IMG/VR virus record: IMGVR_UViG_3300033074_001668 | Source: an uncultured virus (IMG/VR IMGVR_UViG_3300033074_001668) | Lineage: Duplodnaviria > Heunggongvirae > Uroviricota > Caudoviricetes | Reading direction: 5' to 3' (one strand) | DNA: 64,000 nt | Part shown: positions 19,858-29,843 of the stretch, piece by piece | Layout of the letters: every line of letters begins with the position of its first letter | Numbering within the stretch: position 1 is the stretch's first letter | The notes under the pieces: generated by a model | The model's database searches: none | What the model saw: the letters and a program-made list of their open reading frames with translations, nothing else | What the model was told of the DNA's origin: nothing | Program-made: the position numbers and the translations under genes

Positions 19858-21115
19858 TTGATAAAGCCTTTGTTAATTTGGATCCAATTGGAATAATTTT
19901 AGGTAATTGGATCTTAGTATTATTATCCATTGTTCTGGATTTAATTTTACCATAAAAATTAATTTCAGTTTCTAAAGTAGCAACCAAATTCTGTCCCATA
20001 TCTTGAGCAGAAACCGAAATCGGACATAGTATACCCATAGCAGATGGATGATTACTTGTCCATTTTTTTGGAACTTTATCTTTTATTATAATTATTTTTT
20101 GAGAAATTTTATGAACAATTGGAGCAATATAAGGCAAAGTAATATTGAATAATTGCTCCCCGTGCATTCTTTCTCTAAACCCCTCAGATATAATCGAGTT
20201 TTCTTTTAAGTTTGGAATCAGAAATTCTTTATAAGAAGAATCAACAAAGTTATAGATTATTTTATTGTACCATTCAAATACTGGTTGCATCAAGTATTCC
20301 ATCATAACAATTCTTCTGTTTCTGATATCGGACATATCTATAATTTTATCTTCTTTATAAAACTGATATACTACTCTAACAATATTTTTGATATCATGAT
20401 AACCATAATAATCATAAAATATTTCTTTAATGTAATCAAGTAATATATACTTATCAAAGAACTCATCTATTTGCATAGTACTGAATTTTTCATGTCCAAC
20501 TATACCAAGAGATTCTAAAGTTTTAATTTTACAATCTTCATATGAAAGTTCTTTATTTCCAGTTCTTGGTCTTCCAAAAGTTAAATAGAATTCTTCTAAA
20601 AATTCTTTATAAGATTCATCATAGAATAATGCTTTAAAGAAAACACTAATATCTAAATCAATCTTTTTATTAAATTTTACTTTTTTCGCATTCCAATCAA
20701 ATGTAATTGGTTGAGTTAAAATATTTAATAAAATTTTATTCTTCTTTTCACCTTTTGAACCAACCCTATCAATTGGAGCTCTTTCAAGAAATAAAATAGG
20801 AACATATAACGAACCATTTAAAATTAAACAATTGTCATTCATTAATTTTGGAACTTCTAATTCGATTTTATTTAAATACTTACCAATTTGTAAACCAATA
20901 ACATATTTATCTAACTTATGTGAAAACCCACCTTGATAAATACTATCAGCATTTTTAATATTGAAAGTAAAATTAAATTCTGATCTAATTTCTTTAAGAT
21001 TATTTAAAATATTCATTAAATTGATTTTTAATTTTTCATAATCATATTTTCTAAAATCTCTAAGAAGATACCAACCCGGTTCTGGCCGCATTTTCTCAAA
21101 TTTAATTAGATTCAT
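19838..21115 (-). CDS. multisubunit RNA polymerase beta subunit, N-terminal half
   Basis: LEVPKLMNDNCLILNGSLYVP, DMSDIRNRRI, HPSAMGILCPISV (cf. RpoB HxxHYGRxCPIET). Confidence 0.82.
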   Translation of the reverse strand: MNLIKFEKMRPEPGWYLLRDFRKYDYEKLKINLMNILNNLKEIRSEFNFTFNIKNADSIYQGGFSHKLDKYVIGLQIGKYLNKIELEVPKLMNDNCLILNGSLYVPILFLERAPIDRVGSKGEKKNKILLNILTQPITFDWNAKKVKFNKKIDLDISVFFKALFYDESYKEFLEEFYLTFGRPRTGNKELSYEDCKIKTLESLGIVGHEKFSTMQIDEFFDKYILLDYIKEIFYDYYGYHDIKNIVRVVYQFYKEDKIIDMSDIRNRRIVMMEYLMQPVFEWYNKIIYNFVDSSYKEFLIPNLKENSIISEGFRERMHGEQLFNITLPYIAPIVHKISQKIIIIKDKVPKKWTSNHPSAMGILCPISVSAQDMGQNLVATLETEINFYGKIKSRTMDNNTKIQLPKIIPIGSKLTKALSNDTQPI

Positions 21116-22554
21116 TCTGGTTGTCCTCGATTTATAGTAATCGTATTATCTTGACCAAGAATAGAATTTGCTTTTTTTGCATATTCTTCATATTTTTGAA
21201 TAGCTTTTTCTCTTAATAAACAAGAACCACATTTACCACACGGTAATCCATCTTCTGGAAAATAACAAGAGAAAGAAACTTTTAATAATTCAAATAGTTT
21301 GATTTCCGAATAATTTAAAGCAAATAATTCTAACATTTTAGTTTTTGTTTTATTTACGTAAGGTGCACTTATTTCAAAACCATAAGTCTTTTGTCCAGCC
21401 AATCTTATTAACGGACTAATTTTACTTAAATAATTTGTCGAATTATCAAGATATACCATACCCTCAGTTAAGTTTGCACCAAGAACAAATTGAACCCTTT
21501 TACCTGGATAATGTTGTTCAGCATAAGTAGCCGCAAATAAAAGTAGGAAAGTATTTCTCATTGGAACATATGAAATAGCATTTTCAGCCTCACGTTTTCC
21601 CTCACCAACTGCTTCGCTATCTTGGAGTCTAACTCCTTCTAATCCAGAAAGATTTAATATATTTTTAAATGCATCTTTCGTCCAAATTCTAGTAAAGGAA
21701 AAATCTTTATCGAAATCCTCACAAAGAATTTCTAAGAATTTTTCTACGCTAGCACATTCACTTTCAGCTGCAACGGTACCCCAATCAAAATACAATAGTT
21801 CAACTTTTGGAGTATCTCGATTTTCTTTTACTGCATTATAAGTAGAAAGAATTGTATCCATTCCACCAGAACATAAAGAAATAATTACATCAACTGGCGC
21901 AGGTTTACCTAATTTTGAATCAACTTTAAATTCGTTTATAGAAATACCATTTACCATATCATTAAATGCAGCATAATGGTGGAAAGGCTGTAAAGGAATA
22001 CGATCATTAATAAATGTGTATCTCATTGGCTCAATATAATTCGAACCAGTTAATTGAATATTCGAAATTAATTTCATATGTATATCTTGGTAAGTATATA
22101 AACCTAAACCATTATGAACAGCATGAAATATTCTATCTTCTGGTAAGTATTGAATTAATGAAACTTTACCATTTAATTCATTTGTCTTATTTATTGATAC
22201 TTCAATATTTGTATCATATCTAAAAATTTCAGTATCAATAATTCCCTCAAATTCATCCGAGATGGGAATAGTACCATGAGCAGCAATATAATTTCCCATA
22301 AGTGTTTTATATGGTTGCAATATTTTAACTTCTTCGTTTTCCATTTCTGGAGTTAATCTACTAAAAATTAAAAATGGAGTACCTGGAGCTTGATTCATTA
22401 ACATTGTTGGAATTTTATCACTTACAATTGTATTCTCTAAGAAACAAACAACTTGAGTATAATCACCACCCTTTAATCTAATCATATAGTCAATTTTTTC
22501 TAATTCTGCTCTACCAAAATTATTTCCTACAAATCCACCAATTATTGTACACAT
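21112..22554 (-). CDS. gat-queC: glutamine amidotransferase (Ntn class II)–QueC fusion (GAT-QueC)
   Basis: N-terminal MCTIIGG (Cys2), AAHGTI, DTE; QueC SGGMDT, YVPMRN, SCY…PCGKCGSCLLR. Confidence 0.85.
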   Translation of the reverse strand: MCTIIGGFVGNNFGRAELEKIDYMIRLKGGDYTQVVCFLENTIVSDKIPTMLMNQAPGTPFLIFSRLTPEMENEEVKILQPYKTLMGNYIAAHGTIPISDEFEGIIDTEIFRYDTNIEVSINKTNELNGKVSLIQYLPEDRIFHAVHNGLGLYTYQDIHMKLISNIQLTGSNYIEPMRYTFINDRIPLQPFHHYAAFNDMVNGISINEFKVDSKLGKPAPVDVIISLCSGGMDTILSTYNAVKENRDTPKVELLYFDWGTVAAESECASVEKFLEILCEDFDKDFSFTRIWTKDAFKNILNLSGLEGVRLQDSEAVGEGKREAENAISYVPMRNTFLLLFAATYAEQHYPGKRVQFVLGANLTEGMVYLDNSTNYLSKISPLIRLAGQKTYGFEISAPYVNKTKTKMLELFALNYSEIKLFELLKVSFSCYFPEDGLPCGKCGSCLLREKAIQKYEEYAKKANSILGQDNTITINRGQPE

Positions 22555-22781
22555 AAATTTTTCCTTCTTATATTATTTATTAAACCTAACATATTTGATG
22601 TTATGTCAACTTGTTCGAGTTTTTCATCACTTCCGATTTCAAATATCTTTATAATATCAGAATCTTTAATCAATAGTACATTATAGCAAATTTCATCCAA
22701 ACCAGTTCCAATAATTTCTATTGAATGGCTAGAAAAATCTTCAACTAAAGGTTCTATTAATTTATTTATTTTTTCTATCAA
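22542..22781 (-). CDS. hypothetical protein
   Basis: 79-aa ORF, TTG start with AAGG RBS. Confidence 0.55.
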   Translation of the reverse strand: MIEKINKLIEPLVEDFSSHSIEIIGTGLDEICYNVLLIKDSDIIKIFEIGSDEKLEQVDITSNMLGLINNIRRKNLCVQ

Positions 22782-22820
22782 ATTTTTACCTTTTTTTAAA
22801 AAAAATTAATTTTAAACGCG

Positions 22821-22852
22821 AAAAAAATGGGAAGACCGAAGTCTTCCCATTT
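22821..22852 (-). terminator. intrinsic terminator
   Basis: ATGGGAAGAC-TTCG-GTCTTCCCAT followed by a T-run on the minus strand. Confidence 0.88.
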
Positions 22853-22859
22853 AATAAAT

Positions 22860-24170
22860 TTATGCAGTTGGATTTACACCACTTAATAATGCAGCAGCAT
22901 TAATTGGAGCAATTGGAGCTACTGGTGCTATTGGAGCAACAGCAACTGGAGCAACCGCTACTGGAGCTTCCGATGCAACAGCAACTGGAGCAATTGGAGC
23001 AACTTCAACTGGAGATACAGCAGCTACTTCTACTGGAGCAGCAACAGCTACTTCAACACCACTTTCTACTGCAGCTTCAGCAGCCTCTGCAGCTTTTTTA
23101 GCTTTTTTAGCTTCAGCAGCTTCAGCTTTTTTGTTTGCTTTTTCTTGAGCTTTTGCAGCTTTGATAGCTTCATCTTCATCTTTTTTAGAAACGATTTTAC
23201 CAGACTCAGCATCGAATACAAATTTTGCAGCTTTTAATGCAGCGAACTCAGAAACTTTAGCTTCAATATATAATGTTTTTGTTGTATCAACAACCATTGT
23301 TGGATATACATCATTGATAATTTTTACGATATTTGCAATTACTTCATCAGCATCGATATTTAAAGAATCTACTAATGTAGTTGCTTCAGCTCTGAATCCA
23401 TCAATTACTTCTGCAGAAACAGCTTCAGTTTCAGCTAAACCTTTTGAAGCTTCTTTAGTTGCAACAGCCACTAAATGATTAATCATTGCATCTCTTTGTA
23501 ATTTAGCTTTGATTTCATCCCAGTTAAAGTACCAAGCATAGTTATCGTTAGTTCTACCTTCTTTTGGAATTCTTGAATTACCTTTGTGGAATCCAGATTT
23601 GTTTTCATCTGAATATAATAATCCATGAGGAACTAATGATTTAACAACTCTACAAATTTTTGTATTTAATTCTTTTGTGAATTCAGTACCTTCTTTTCCA
23701 AAGATATAATTGTAATCACCCATATCTTCTACACCATCAAAAGCTTTATCGAAGAATGAACCTCTTGTAGTTTTTTTGATTTTTGAAGTACCTAAAGTTT
23801 TAGCAGAAAGTCTTAATCTTTCAGCACCATTGTATGCAATTGAAATTACACAAACTTTATTTTTTAACTCAGGGTTAAGTAAAGCAACTTTCTCAACGTT
23901 TAATGGATGAGAACCATCAATAACAACTAAACAACCTTTAGCTCCACCAGACATTTTAACATTTGAACAAGTTTTTGCTACTGCTGCAACTTGTGCATAC
24001 TCAGTGATATCCGAAATTTCTAAATAAGCTGCAGTTGCTGTTGGAACTGAACTTGTACCGATTTCAATAACTTTGTAATCTTCTACTGCTACGATTGGTA
24101 ATGCAATTCTTGGTTCTTTAACTGCTACTACTTCTGTTGCTACTGCTGTGTTTTCTACTACTGTTGACAT
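22860..24170 (-). CDS. hypothetical, probably abundant protein with A/V/P-rich C-terminal tail
   Basis: Own motif copy and strong terminator, strong RBS; AKKA and VAPIAP repeats. Confidence 0.8.
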   Translation of the reverse strand: MSTVVENTAVATEVVAVKEPRIALPIVAVEDYKVIEIGTSSVPTATAAYLEISDITEYAQVAAVAKTCSNVKMSGGAKGCLVVIDGSHPLNVEKVALLNPELKNKVCVISIAYNGAERLRLSAKTLGTSKIKKTTRGSFFDKAFDGVEDMGDYNYIFGKEGTEFTKELNTKICRVVKSLVPHGLLYSDENKSGFHKGNSRIPKEGRTNDNYAWYFNWDEIKAKLQRDAMINHLVAVATKEASKGLAETEAVSAEVIDGFRAEATTLVDSLNIDADEVIANIVKIINDVYPTMVVDTTKTLYIEAKVSEFAALKAAKFVFDAESGKIVSKKDEDEAIKAAKAQEKANKKAEAAEAKKAKKAAEAAEAAVESGVEVAVAAPVEVAAVSPVEVAPIAPVAVASEAPVAVAPVAVAPIAPVAPIAPINAAALLSGVNPTA

Positions 24171-24278
24171 AATTTTTCCTTATTTCATTTAATTTTATTT
24201 TAAATTGTTGACCTTCAAATAATTTTCTGGCACCTGCATTTTTAATTGAAAAATCAATGATTTTTCTTTATGTAATAT

Positions 24279-24317
24279 ATATCTATGTAACCACAAAAAT
24301 ATCAATCATGATATTTT
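24279..24317 (-). promoter_or_regulatory. motif copy (TTACATAGATAT) with adjacent AAAATATCA/TGATATTTT hairpin
   Basis: Upstream of the 24170 start. Confidence 0.5.
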
Positions 24318-24418
24318 AGGTATAATAAAATATATTTATCTAGATAAATATGCTTATGCCCACCCTCAGTGTACGTACACCTACTCTTTGCAAATATATT
24401 GCAAACCTCCAAGCATAT

Positions 24419-24697
24419 TCAATCTGTTTCTATCCAATCCTTTAATTTTGTAATGGATTGGATCGTATTTAAAGTTTTAATAACTTCACCATTATTGAAT
24501 CTAAATAAATTAGGTCCAATATCCGGATTAAGAAATTTCAAAAATTGGTTATCCAAATTATTAATATTTAATACTAAAACCCGAACTCCCAATTCTTTTA
24601 ACATTTCTTCCATTTTCTTATCAACAAAAAAGTTTCCAGTTAATAATAAATACCCAGTGTAATCAGGGTAATCTTCTTTAAAATGCTTTAAAAACAT
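24419..24697 (-). CDS. thioredoxin-fold-like protein lacking CxxC
   Basis: VRVLVLNIN…GPNLFRFNNGEVIKTL resembles the Trx C-terminal cis-Pro/FxNG motif. Confidence 0.5.
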   Translation of the reverse strand: MFLKHFKEDYPDYTGYLLLTGNFFVDKKMEEMLKELGVRVLVLNINNLDNQFLKFLNPDIGPNLFRFNNGEVIKTLNTIQSITKLKDWIETD

Positions 24698-24701
24698 TTG
24701 A

Positions 24702-27700
24702 TTACTTATCGAAAAGTTTTAAAGCATCCGAATACATATGTTCCGCACCAAGTACTTTACCAGAATCTTTTAGGATTTGTGCTACCGCAGTTGGATTGAA
24801 ATTATAATAAATTGCTAATCTTGGGTCACAATTTTTTATAATATTTTTTAAAGCAATTTGATGATCTGGTTCACCACCATATCTACACATAACTCCATTT
24901 TCATCGAAAAATAAAATGCTCATAACTAATTCAACATAAATTGATAAAATACCGTTAGGAAGAATAATTTCATCCAATAGTCTTTTATACATTTCAGATG
25001 GTTGCATTAATTTTTCTTTTGTACGATCTTTGTCAATGATTTGAATAATATTATTTAACTTCTTAACTGAATCATCATTATAAGGAGCATTAATAACTTT
25101 TATTCTTACCGCAATTTCCGTTTCCGTATCTAAGAAAGGATCAAAGTTTAATTCAACATCTTCTGGATTAGGATATACTTCATCATAAAAAGCTCTAAGA
25201 ATTTTAAAATCTTCATTAACATTTTCTAATTTGAAATAAATTATATCCGGAGATTCAAATCTATTTCGTTTAATTAATTCTAATATTGGTTTCCTAATAT
25301 TAGTAATAAATGCTCCTGAGAAGTGGTGAGTTCTTAAAACCGATTGAATAATTGATTCCGAAATATAACTTCCAACTGCTGCACCTAAATTTGCAGATTG
25401 TGGTTGCCTAGTTCCAAAACAAGTATTACAAATTTTATAACCAGGATGTTCGCATCCACCAGGATATCTAAAATTAAATGTTTTCCCTATGAAATCTTCT
25501 GGATTAATTTCCTCAGTATTCAAATGTAGTTTTTTATTATTTTGTATATAATATCTACCATTTAAACTATCTAAATGATTTTTATCTTGAATCTCTATTG
25601 GGAACACTTGTTTAGAAGAACAATCTTCGGTTCTAGAAAGTTTTAAGAAACCAAGAATATAATAAAATCTTCTTTGTAGCTCTCCACCTTTTGGAATCGC
25701 TTCTTGTCTTTGTGCTAATGCAAGTCTAGCACTATCTCCTGATTGGAAGAATCCTTCCTTAGTATGCCCATATAATAAATCTTCTTTGATATTATTAATA
25801 AAGGCCTTTCCATGTATATCCGTAGGAATACCACTATTTGACGAAGCTTTTAATAATTGAACAGATTTGATTCTTGCATCAGATTTAAATACCCTATGTA
25901 AAGAGTTTTCTGGATTCTTAGCTATCTCTGGTTTAACATAATCAGAGAATAAAATTTCATTCTGATGGAAACCAATATATGGCTCATTAATTAAAGTTTC
26001 TTTATAATTTGAAATTTCTTTTGAACCTACCGCAAAGTCTTTTAAATCGAAAGTTGGATTACAGTATTTTACCGCTGTAGAACACCATAATAAAAATTTA
26101 TTTAATTCGTGGAATGGACCATAGAAATTATCATTTCCAAGTATTCTCAAAATTTGCTTAATTAACTTTTTAGTAGCATTTTTATTCATCTCACCTGGAT
26201 TAGCTAAGAATATATTAAACCCTAAAGCTCTATTAATACAAGCTAAATTGTAAGGTAATACAATCGTTTGACTATCCGAAATTTTAATATAAACTGGTTT
26301 CATTGGATTTTCATTAATTGTTTTAAAATTATATTTAAAATCTTTTAATTCGATTCCTTTTGCTGAACCATTTGCAAAGTCTTCAATTATTGTTTCCGTA
26401 TTGAATCCAGCTGATGCTTGAGTCAATGCCCACATTGCATAAATTGCTTCATGTTCTGGAGTTGGAATTAATGAGTTATTATGTTCAAATTCGATATTCT
26501 TACCATTACCAAGAAAAGTATGATACCAATCTCTTAAAGCTTGAACCGAATCTAAAGCATATGATGACATACTATCACCATCAAAGTCGAAGTTAAATGC
26601 TCCAGCAACTGTAGTATTTACCATCATAACTTTATTGTTATACATTGAAGTATTTGATAATGGAGGACCTTTATAGTTCTTATCATCAACAAAAAGTTTA
26701 AAATCTTTATACCCATCTTGTTCAAATAGAATAACAGTAATTAAAGCACCACTGAAATTATATCTCCATAGAACTGGAGCTCTCTCTATCATAATTCTTT
26801 GATTTACATGTTTTGATTGTAAATACTGAATAAATAAAGAATCTTCAACTGGAAAAGAAGTATTACCTGCTCTAACCATTTGAATCATTTGTTGAACATC
26901 TACATTTGGATACTTTGAATCAAAATCCGTCTTCAATATATCCATTTCTTTAACTAGGAAATGTAGAAAATTAAGCATTGTCATTTTAAGCATTGCATCT
27001 TTTGGAACTGCAACACCATAAGGTGGTAATTCTGGAGCTGGAACAATTACTGTTCTACTTGAGAACTCTACAGTCGATCCACTAAAAGCTTCTCTAATAG
27101 TAGAGTTCTTAGAAAGGAAGTTTTTATCATAAGTATATTGTTCTAATTCATCTACTATCTTTTGATAGTAATAAATATTACGATTAAATTCTTCTTCTTT
27201 CTTTGTTGGATTTTCCCAGAATGTATTCGTAGACAAAGATAATAATCTTTGATAATGTTTACTGATATCTGGAATATCCTTTTTATTACCAGTAGTAATA
27301 ACTGGTCTTGAACTTGGAGGAGTTACAACAATTTCGTCAATAAATACATAATCAATATAATCTTTATTAATTACTTTTGCAACCATCTCTTTTAATATTT
27401 TATCTGCTCTTATGTAATCAAATAAAGCATTTAATGAGGCAATATCATAAACTGGCATACTAGAAAATACAGTATTATCCAATCCTTTAATAGCTTTAGC
27501 TTTTCTTAAAGTTCCATGCATTAAATCATAGAAATATGGATCTTCCAAATTTTGTTGATATTTCGAAGGGTTAAAAATATCTTTAATAGATTTAATTCCA
27601 AATAAAGCTTGTAAATGTTTTCTAAACATTGGCCATAAAACTTTTTTAGTTAATTTTATTTTTGCAAATTGTTTAGAACGCTGAGTTCCATCAGAGCAAG

Positions 27701-27908
27701 TTACTTCACATATTTCACAAGTTTCCCCATCATATGAACTACCTTCAATTGCTCCACAAGAACATTTCCAAGCATTTTTTGTTCCAAATATCTTCTCCGA
27801 ATAAATTCCTTCTGGATGAAATTTTTCAGTGTTTCCATTAACATAGATTTCTTTCGAAGTTACTAATGGAAGAATTGCTTTTTGGAATTCTAAATCTACT
27901 ACTATCAT
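24702..27908 (-). CDS. multisubunit RNA polymerase beta' subunit (RNAP-1, single ORF)
   Basis: EGIYSEKIFG, Zn finger CSCG/CEIC, SRTVIVPAP, IERAPVLW, catalytic FNFDFDGDSM, GGELQRRF, ICNTCFG, QSVLRTHH. Confidence 0.93.
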   Translation of the reverse strand: MIVVDLEFQKAILPLVTSKEIYVNGNTEKFHPEGIYSEKIFGTKNAWKCSCGAIEGSSYDGETCEICEVTCSDGTQRSKQFAKIKLTKKVLWPMFRKHLQALFGIKSIKDIFNPSKYQQNLEDPYFYDLMHGTLRKAKAIKGLDNTVFSSMPVYDIASLNALFDYIRADKILKEMVAKVINKDYIDYVFIDEIVVTPPSSRPVITTGNKKDIPDISKHYQRLLSLSTNTFWENPTKKEEEFNRNIYYYQKIVDELEQYTYDKNFLSKNSTIREAFSGSTVEFSSRTVIVPAPELPPYGVAVPKDAMLKMTMLNFLHFLVKEMDILKTDFDSKYPNVDVQQMIQMVRAGNTSFPVEDSLFIQYLQSKHVNQRIMIERAPVLWRYNFSGALITVILFEQDGYKDFKLFVDDKNYKGPPLSNTSMYNNKVMMVNTTVAGAFNFDFDGDSMSSYALDSVQALRDWYHTFLGNGKNIEFEHNNSLIPTPEHEAIYAMWALTQASAGFNTETIIEDFANGSAKGIELKDFKYNFKTINENPMKPVYIKISDSQTIVLPYNLACINRALGFNIFLANPGEMNKNATKKLIKQILRILGNDNFYGPFHELNKFLLWCSTAVKYCNPTFDLKDFAVGSKEISNYKETLINEPYIGFHQNEILFSDYVKPEIAKNPENSLHRVFKSDARIKSVQLLKASSNSGIPTDIHGKAFINNIKEDLLYGHTKEGFFQSGDSARLALAQRQEAIPKGGELQRRFYYILGFLKLSRTEDCSSKQVFPIEIQDKNHLDSLNGRYYIQNNKKLHLNTEEINPEDFIGKTFNFRYPGGCEHPGYKICNTCFGTRQPQSANLGAAVGSYISESIIQSVLRTHHFSGAFITNIRKPILELIKRNRFESPDIIYFKLENVNEDFKILRAFYDEVYPNPEDVELNFDPFLDTETEIAVRIKVINAPYNDDSVKKLNNIIQIIDKDRTKEKLMQPSEMYKRLLDEIILPNGILSIYVELVMSILFFDENGVMCRYGGEPDHQIALKNIIKNCDPRLAIYYNFNPTAVAQILKDSGKVLGAEHMYSDALKLFDK

Positions 27909-28306
27909 ATCTGACCCTTAACCATATTTAATCTAGCTAATGAATGCTCGTTTGCCTTTTCTAAAAATACTTTTATATGTTTGCAACATCCAATCGTCAT
28001 ATTTGGATTAGTTTGTTTTGGAGGAAGTAATATAAAATTCTGTGGTGCAATTAATGCATCAAATTTATGTAGAACATATGCCCATCTAAATTTGAAATCA
28101 TCGCAATTACAAAAAACTTTTACTAATGATTTTGGTTCAAATTTCAAAGTATTCATTTGAACTTGAATAGCATAAGCTTTTCCAGCTTGCTTTGATACAA
28201 CGAATCCACCAAGAACACCATTATCATGAATCGTTTCTCTAAACTCACCATAATCTAACATATCTTTTGGTTTTATATCTTTAGTTAAATCTTTCCAATT
28301 AACCAT
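27905..28306 (-). CDS. SWIM zinc-finger protein
   Basis: VFCNCDDF…GCCKHI (CxC…CxH). Confidence 0.75.
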   Translation of the reverse strand: MVNWKDLTKDIKPKDMLDYGEFRETIHDNGVLGGFVVSKQAGKAYAIQVQMNTLKFEPKSLVKVFCNCDDFKFRWAYVLHKFDALIAPQNFILLPPKQTNPNMTIGCCKHIKVFLEKANEHSLARLNMVKGQI

Positions 28307-28682
28307 TATGAACTCCTTTATTTAAATATGTAATTTGTTCCTCTTTCAAAGAAAACGGAATTGTTGGAGTTGGATTTAAAATATAATTTACTTCACTTCC
28401 AATAAAGATACATCTAATTGATTTAAATGGTATATTTAAATATTTATATCCATGTCCAAAATTTATAAATGCTTTAAATGAATCATCATCATAATTACAC
28501 TGAATAATTTCATTTCCGTCAAAATCCAAGCAAATAAAAGATTCATCCGATAACCAATCCCAACTAGAATCGATTTCTATTTCGATACTTAAAGGTTGAG
28601 CATTGCTTAAAATATTTGGAAAAAAGTCATTCTTCAATAACCTATTCCAAGCCTTAATAAATGGATCTTTATACGTAGTCAA
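28299..28682 (-). CDS. SspB-like (ClpXP adaptor fold) protein
   Basis: ICLDF…CNYDDDSFKAFINFGHGYKYLNIPFKSIRCIF parallels SspB IVLNI…FNARFGG…VPLAAVLAIY. Confidence 0.5.
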   Translation of the reverse strand: MTTYKDPFIKAWNRLLKNDFFPNILSNAQPLSIEIEIDSSWDWLSDESFICLDFDGNEIIQCNYDDDSFKAFINFGHGYKYLNIPFKSIRCIFIGSEVNYILNPTPTIPFSLKEEQITYLNKGVHNG

Positions 28683-28717
28683 ATTTATTCCTTTATTAAT
28701 TTTTTAAAAAAATAACG

Positions 28718-28841
28718 AATAAAAAGATCTGACCTAGTATCCCAATCATGTATCCATATACATCAGTATTCGTAGCCCAGCTGGTACTAACGAATATTGT
28801 ATATATGAACAACGATCAAGACAAAGGTACATCTTTGTTTT
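28718..28841 (-). ncRNA. candidate structured leader/ncRNA
   Basis: GC-enriched intergenic segment with nested stems (GU pairs favour the minus strand), just downstream of the motif copy at 28860-28871. Confidence 0.45.
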
Positions 28842-28927
28842 TTATTTTTTTATTATATTATATCTATGCTAACGTTTTATTATAATAAATATTTTATCAT
28901 AGATATTAACCAATCAAAACCACCAAA

Positions 28928-29833
28928 CTATTTCTTAGGAATTATAAATTTTAGACTAGAACTATCATTTATTGGAGAATAACCAAGAACTTGAGCATCA
29001 GATAATTGTAATTTTCTAGAAACTTTTACACCATCTAATAACCAAAATTGATTATCTTTAATAACATATTTAGTTGTATCTAATCGTAATGAATGTGGAT
29101 AAAAAATCCCCATTCTAACTTTATTTTGTCTATTTATAAATCCAATCTTATTATACCATATTTTATATTCATTTAAGATAAAACTAATAAGTTCTAAATT
29201 AGATAAACTACCATAGTTATAAATAAAATTATCGTACCCAAAAGACATCATTTCATCTTTAAAAATTTGAAATAATTCTAATTCATTCGTACCCAATTTA
29301 TGCTGAACCACGTATTTAATAAACTCTCTTTCTAATTCCCCTAGTTTAGTAGAATCATCATAACTCAATAATAATGATTTATCAAAAGAATAATTATCTT
29401 TAAAATATTGTAAATCAGGGCAAATTCTAACAATTAAAGTTCCTTCTGGAACATCCCAATTTTCAATTACTTCACATTTTGAATCTGACGAAAAAACATT
29501 ATACGGAGTTGATTCCACATTTTTTTCTGGTTCAATTTGTCGATAACCTTTTTCATCTCTAAACCCAGTCATTGAAGTCACAACTTTGGTTTCAACCGAT
29601 AATGGTTTTCTAAAACTAAGTGAATTTGTTGCATCTTTTAGAGCTAGACTATAATTTGGACCAATACCAAAATTATAGAACCAACCTTCTGGAGCATCTT
29701 TTTTAACATAAGAATTTAATATTTTAGCAGATGATTCCGAAGAACCAACATCATATTTATTTGAGCACCCAATTAGTGTTCCAGCAATAACTAGAACACT
29801 AATACATTTTCCTAACCCTTGTAACTTTTTCAT
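28928..29833 (-). CDS. lipoprotein (LPP20-like N-terminal domain)
   Basis: Start re-called at 29833 (MKKLQGLGKCISVLVIAGTLIGC, lipobox) with AAGGA RBS; APEGWFYNFGIG…ALKDATNSL. Confidence 0.65.
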   Translation of the reverse strand: MKKLQGLGKCISVLVIAGTLIGCSNKYDVGSSESSAKILNSYVKKDAPEGWFYNFGIGPNYSLALKDATNSLSFRKPLSVETKVVTSMTGFRDEKGYRQIEPEKNVESTPYNVFSSDSKCEVIENWDVPEGTLIVRICPDLQYFKDNYSFDKSLLLSYDDSTKLGELEREFIKYVVQHKLGTNELELFQIFKDEMMSFGYDNFIYNYGSLSNLELISFILNEYKIWYNKIGFINRQNKVRMGIFYPHSLRLDTTKYVIKDNQFWLLDGVKVSRKLQLSDAQVLGYSPINDSSSLKFIIPKK

Positions 29834-29843
29834 TTTCTTTCCT

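Noticed and set aside
22860..24170. Possible PhuZ tubulin or chimallin (nuclear shell)
   Set aside because: No GGGTG(S/T)G tubulin signature and no recognisable chimallin features; left hypothetical
24300..24421. Selenocysteine readthrough of the TGA ending the Trx-like ORF
   Set aside because: Downstream hairpin loop lacks the G typical of bacterial SECIS, and the TGA is not at a Trx redox position; kept only as an unexplained structure
28299..28682. LDFDGN resembling the RNAP DFDGD motif
   Set aside because: Third Asp missing and the surrounding sequence fits an SspB-like fold, not beta'
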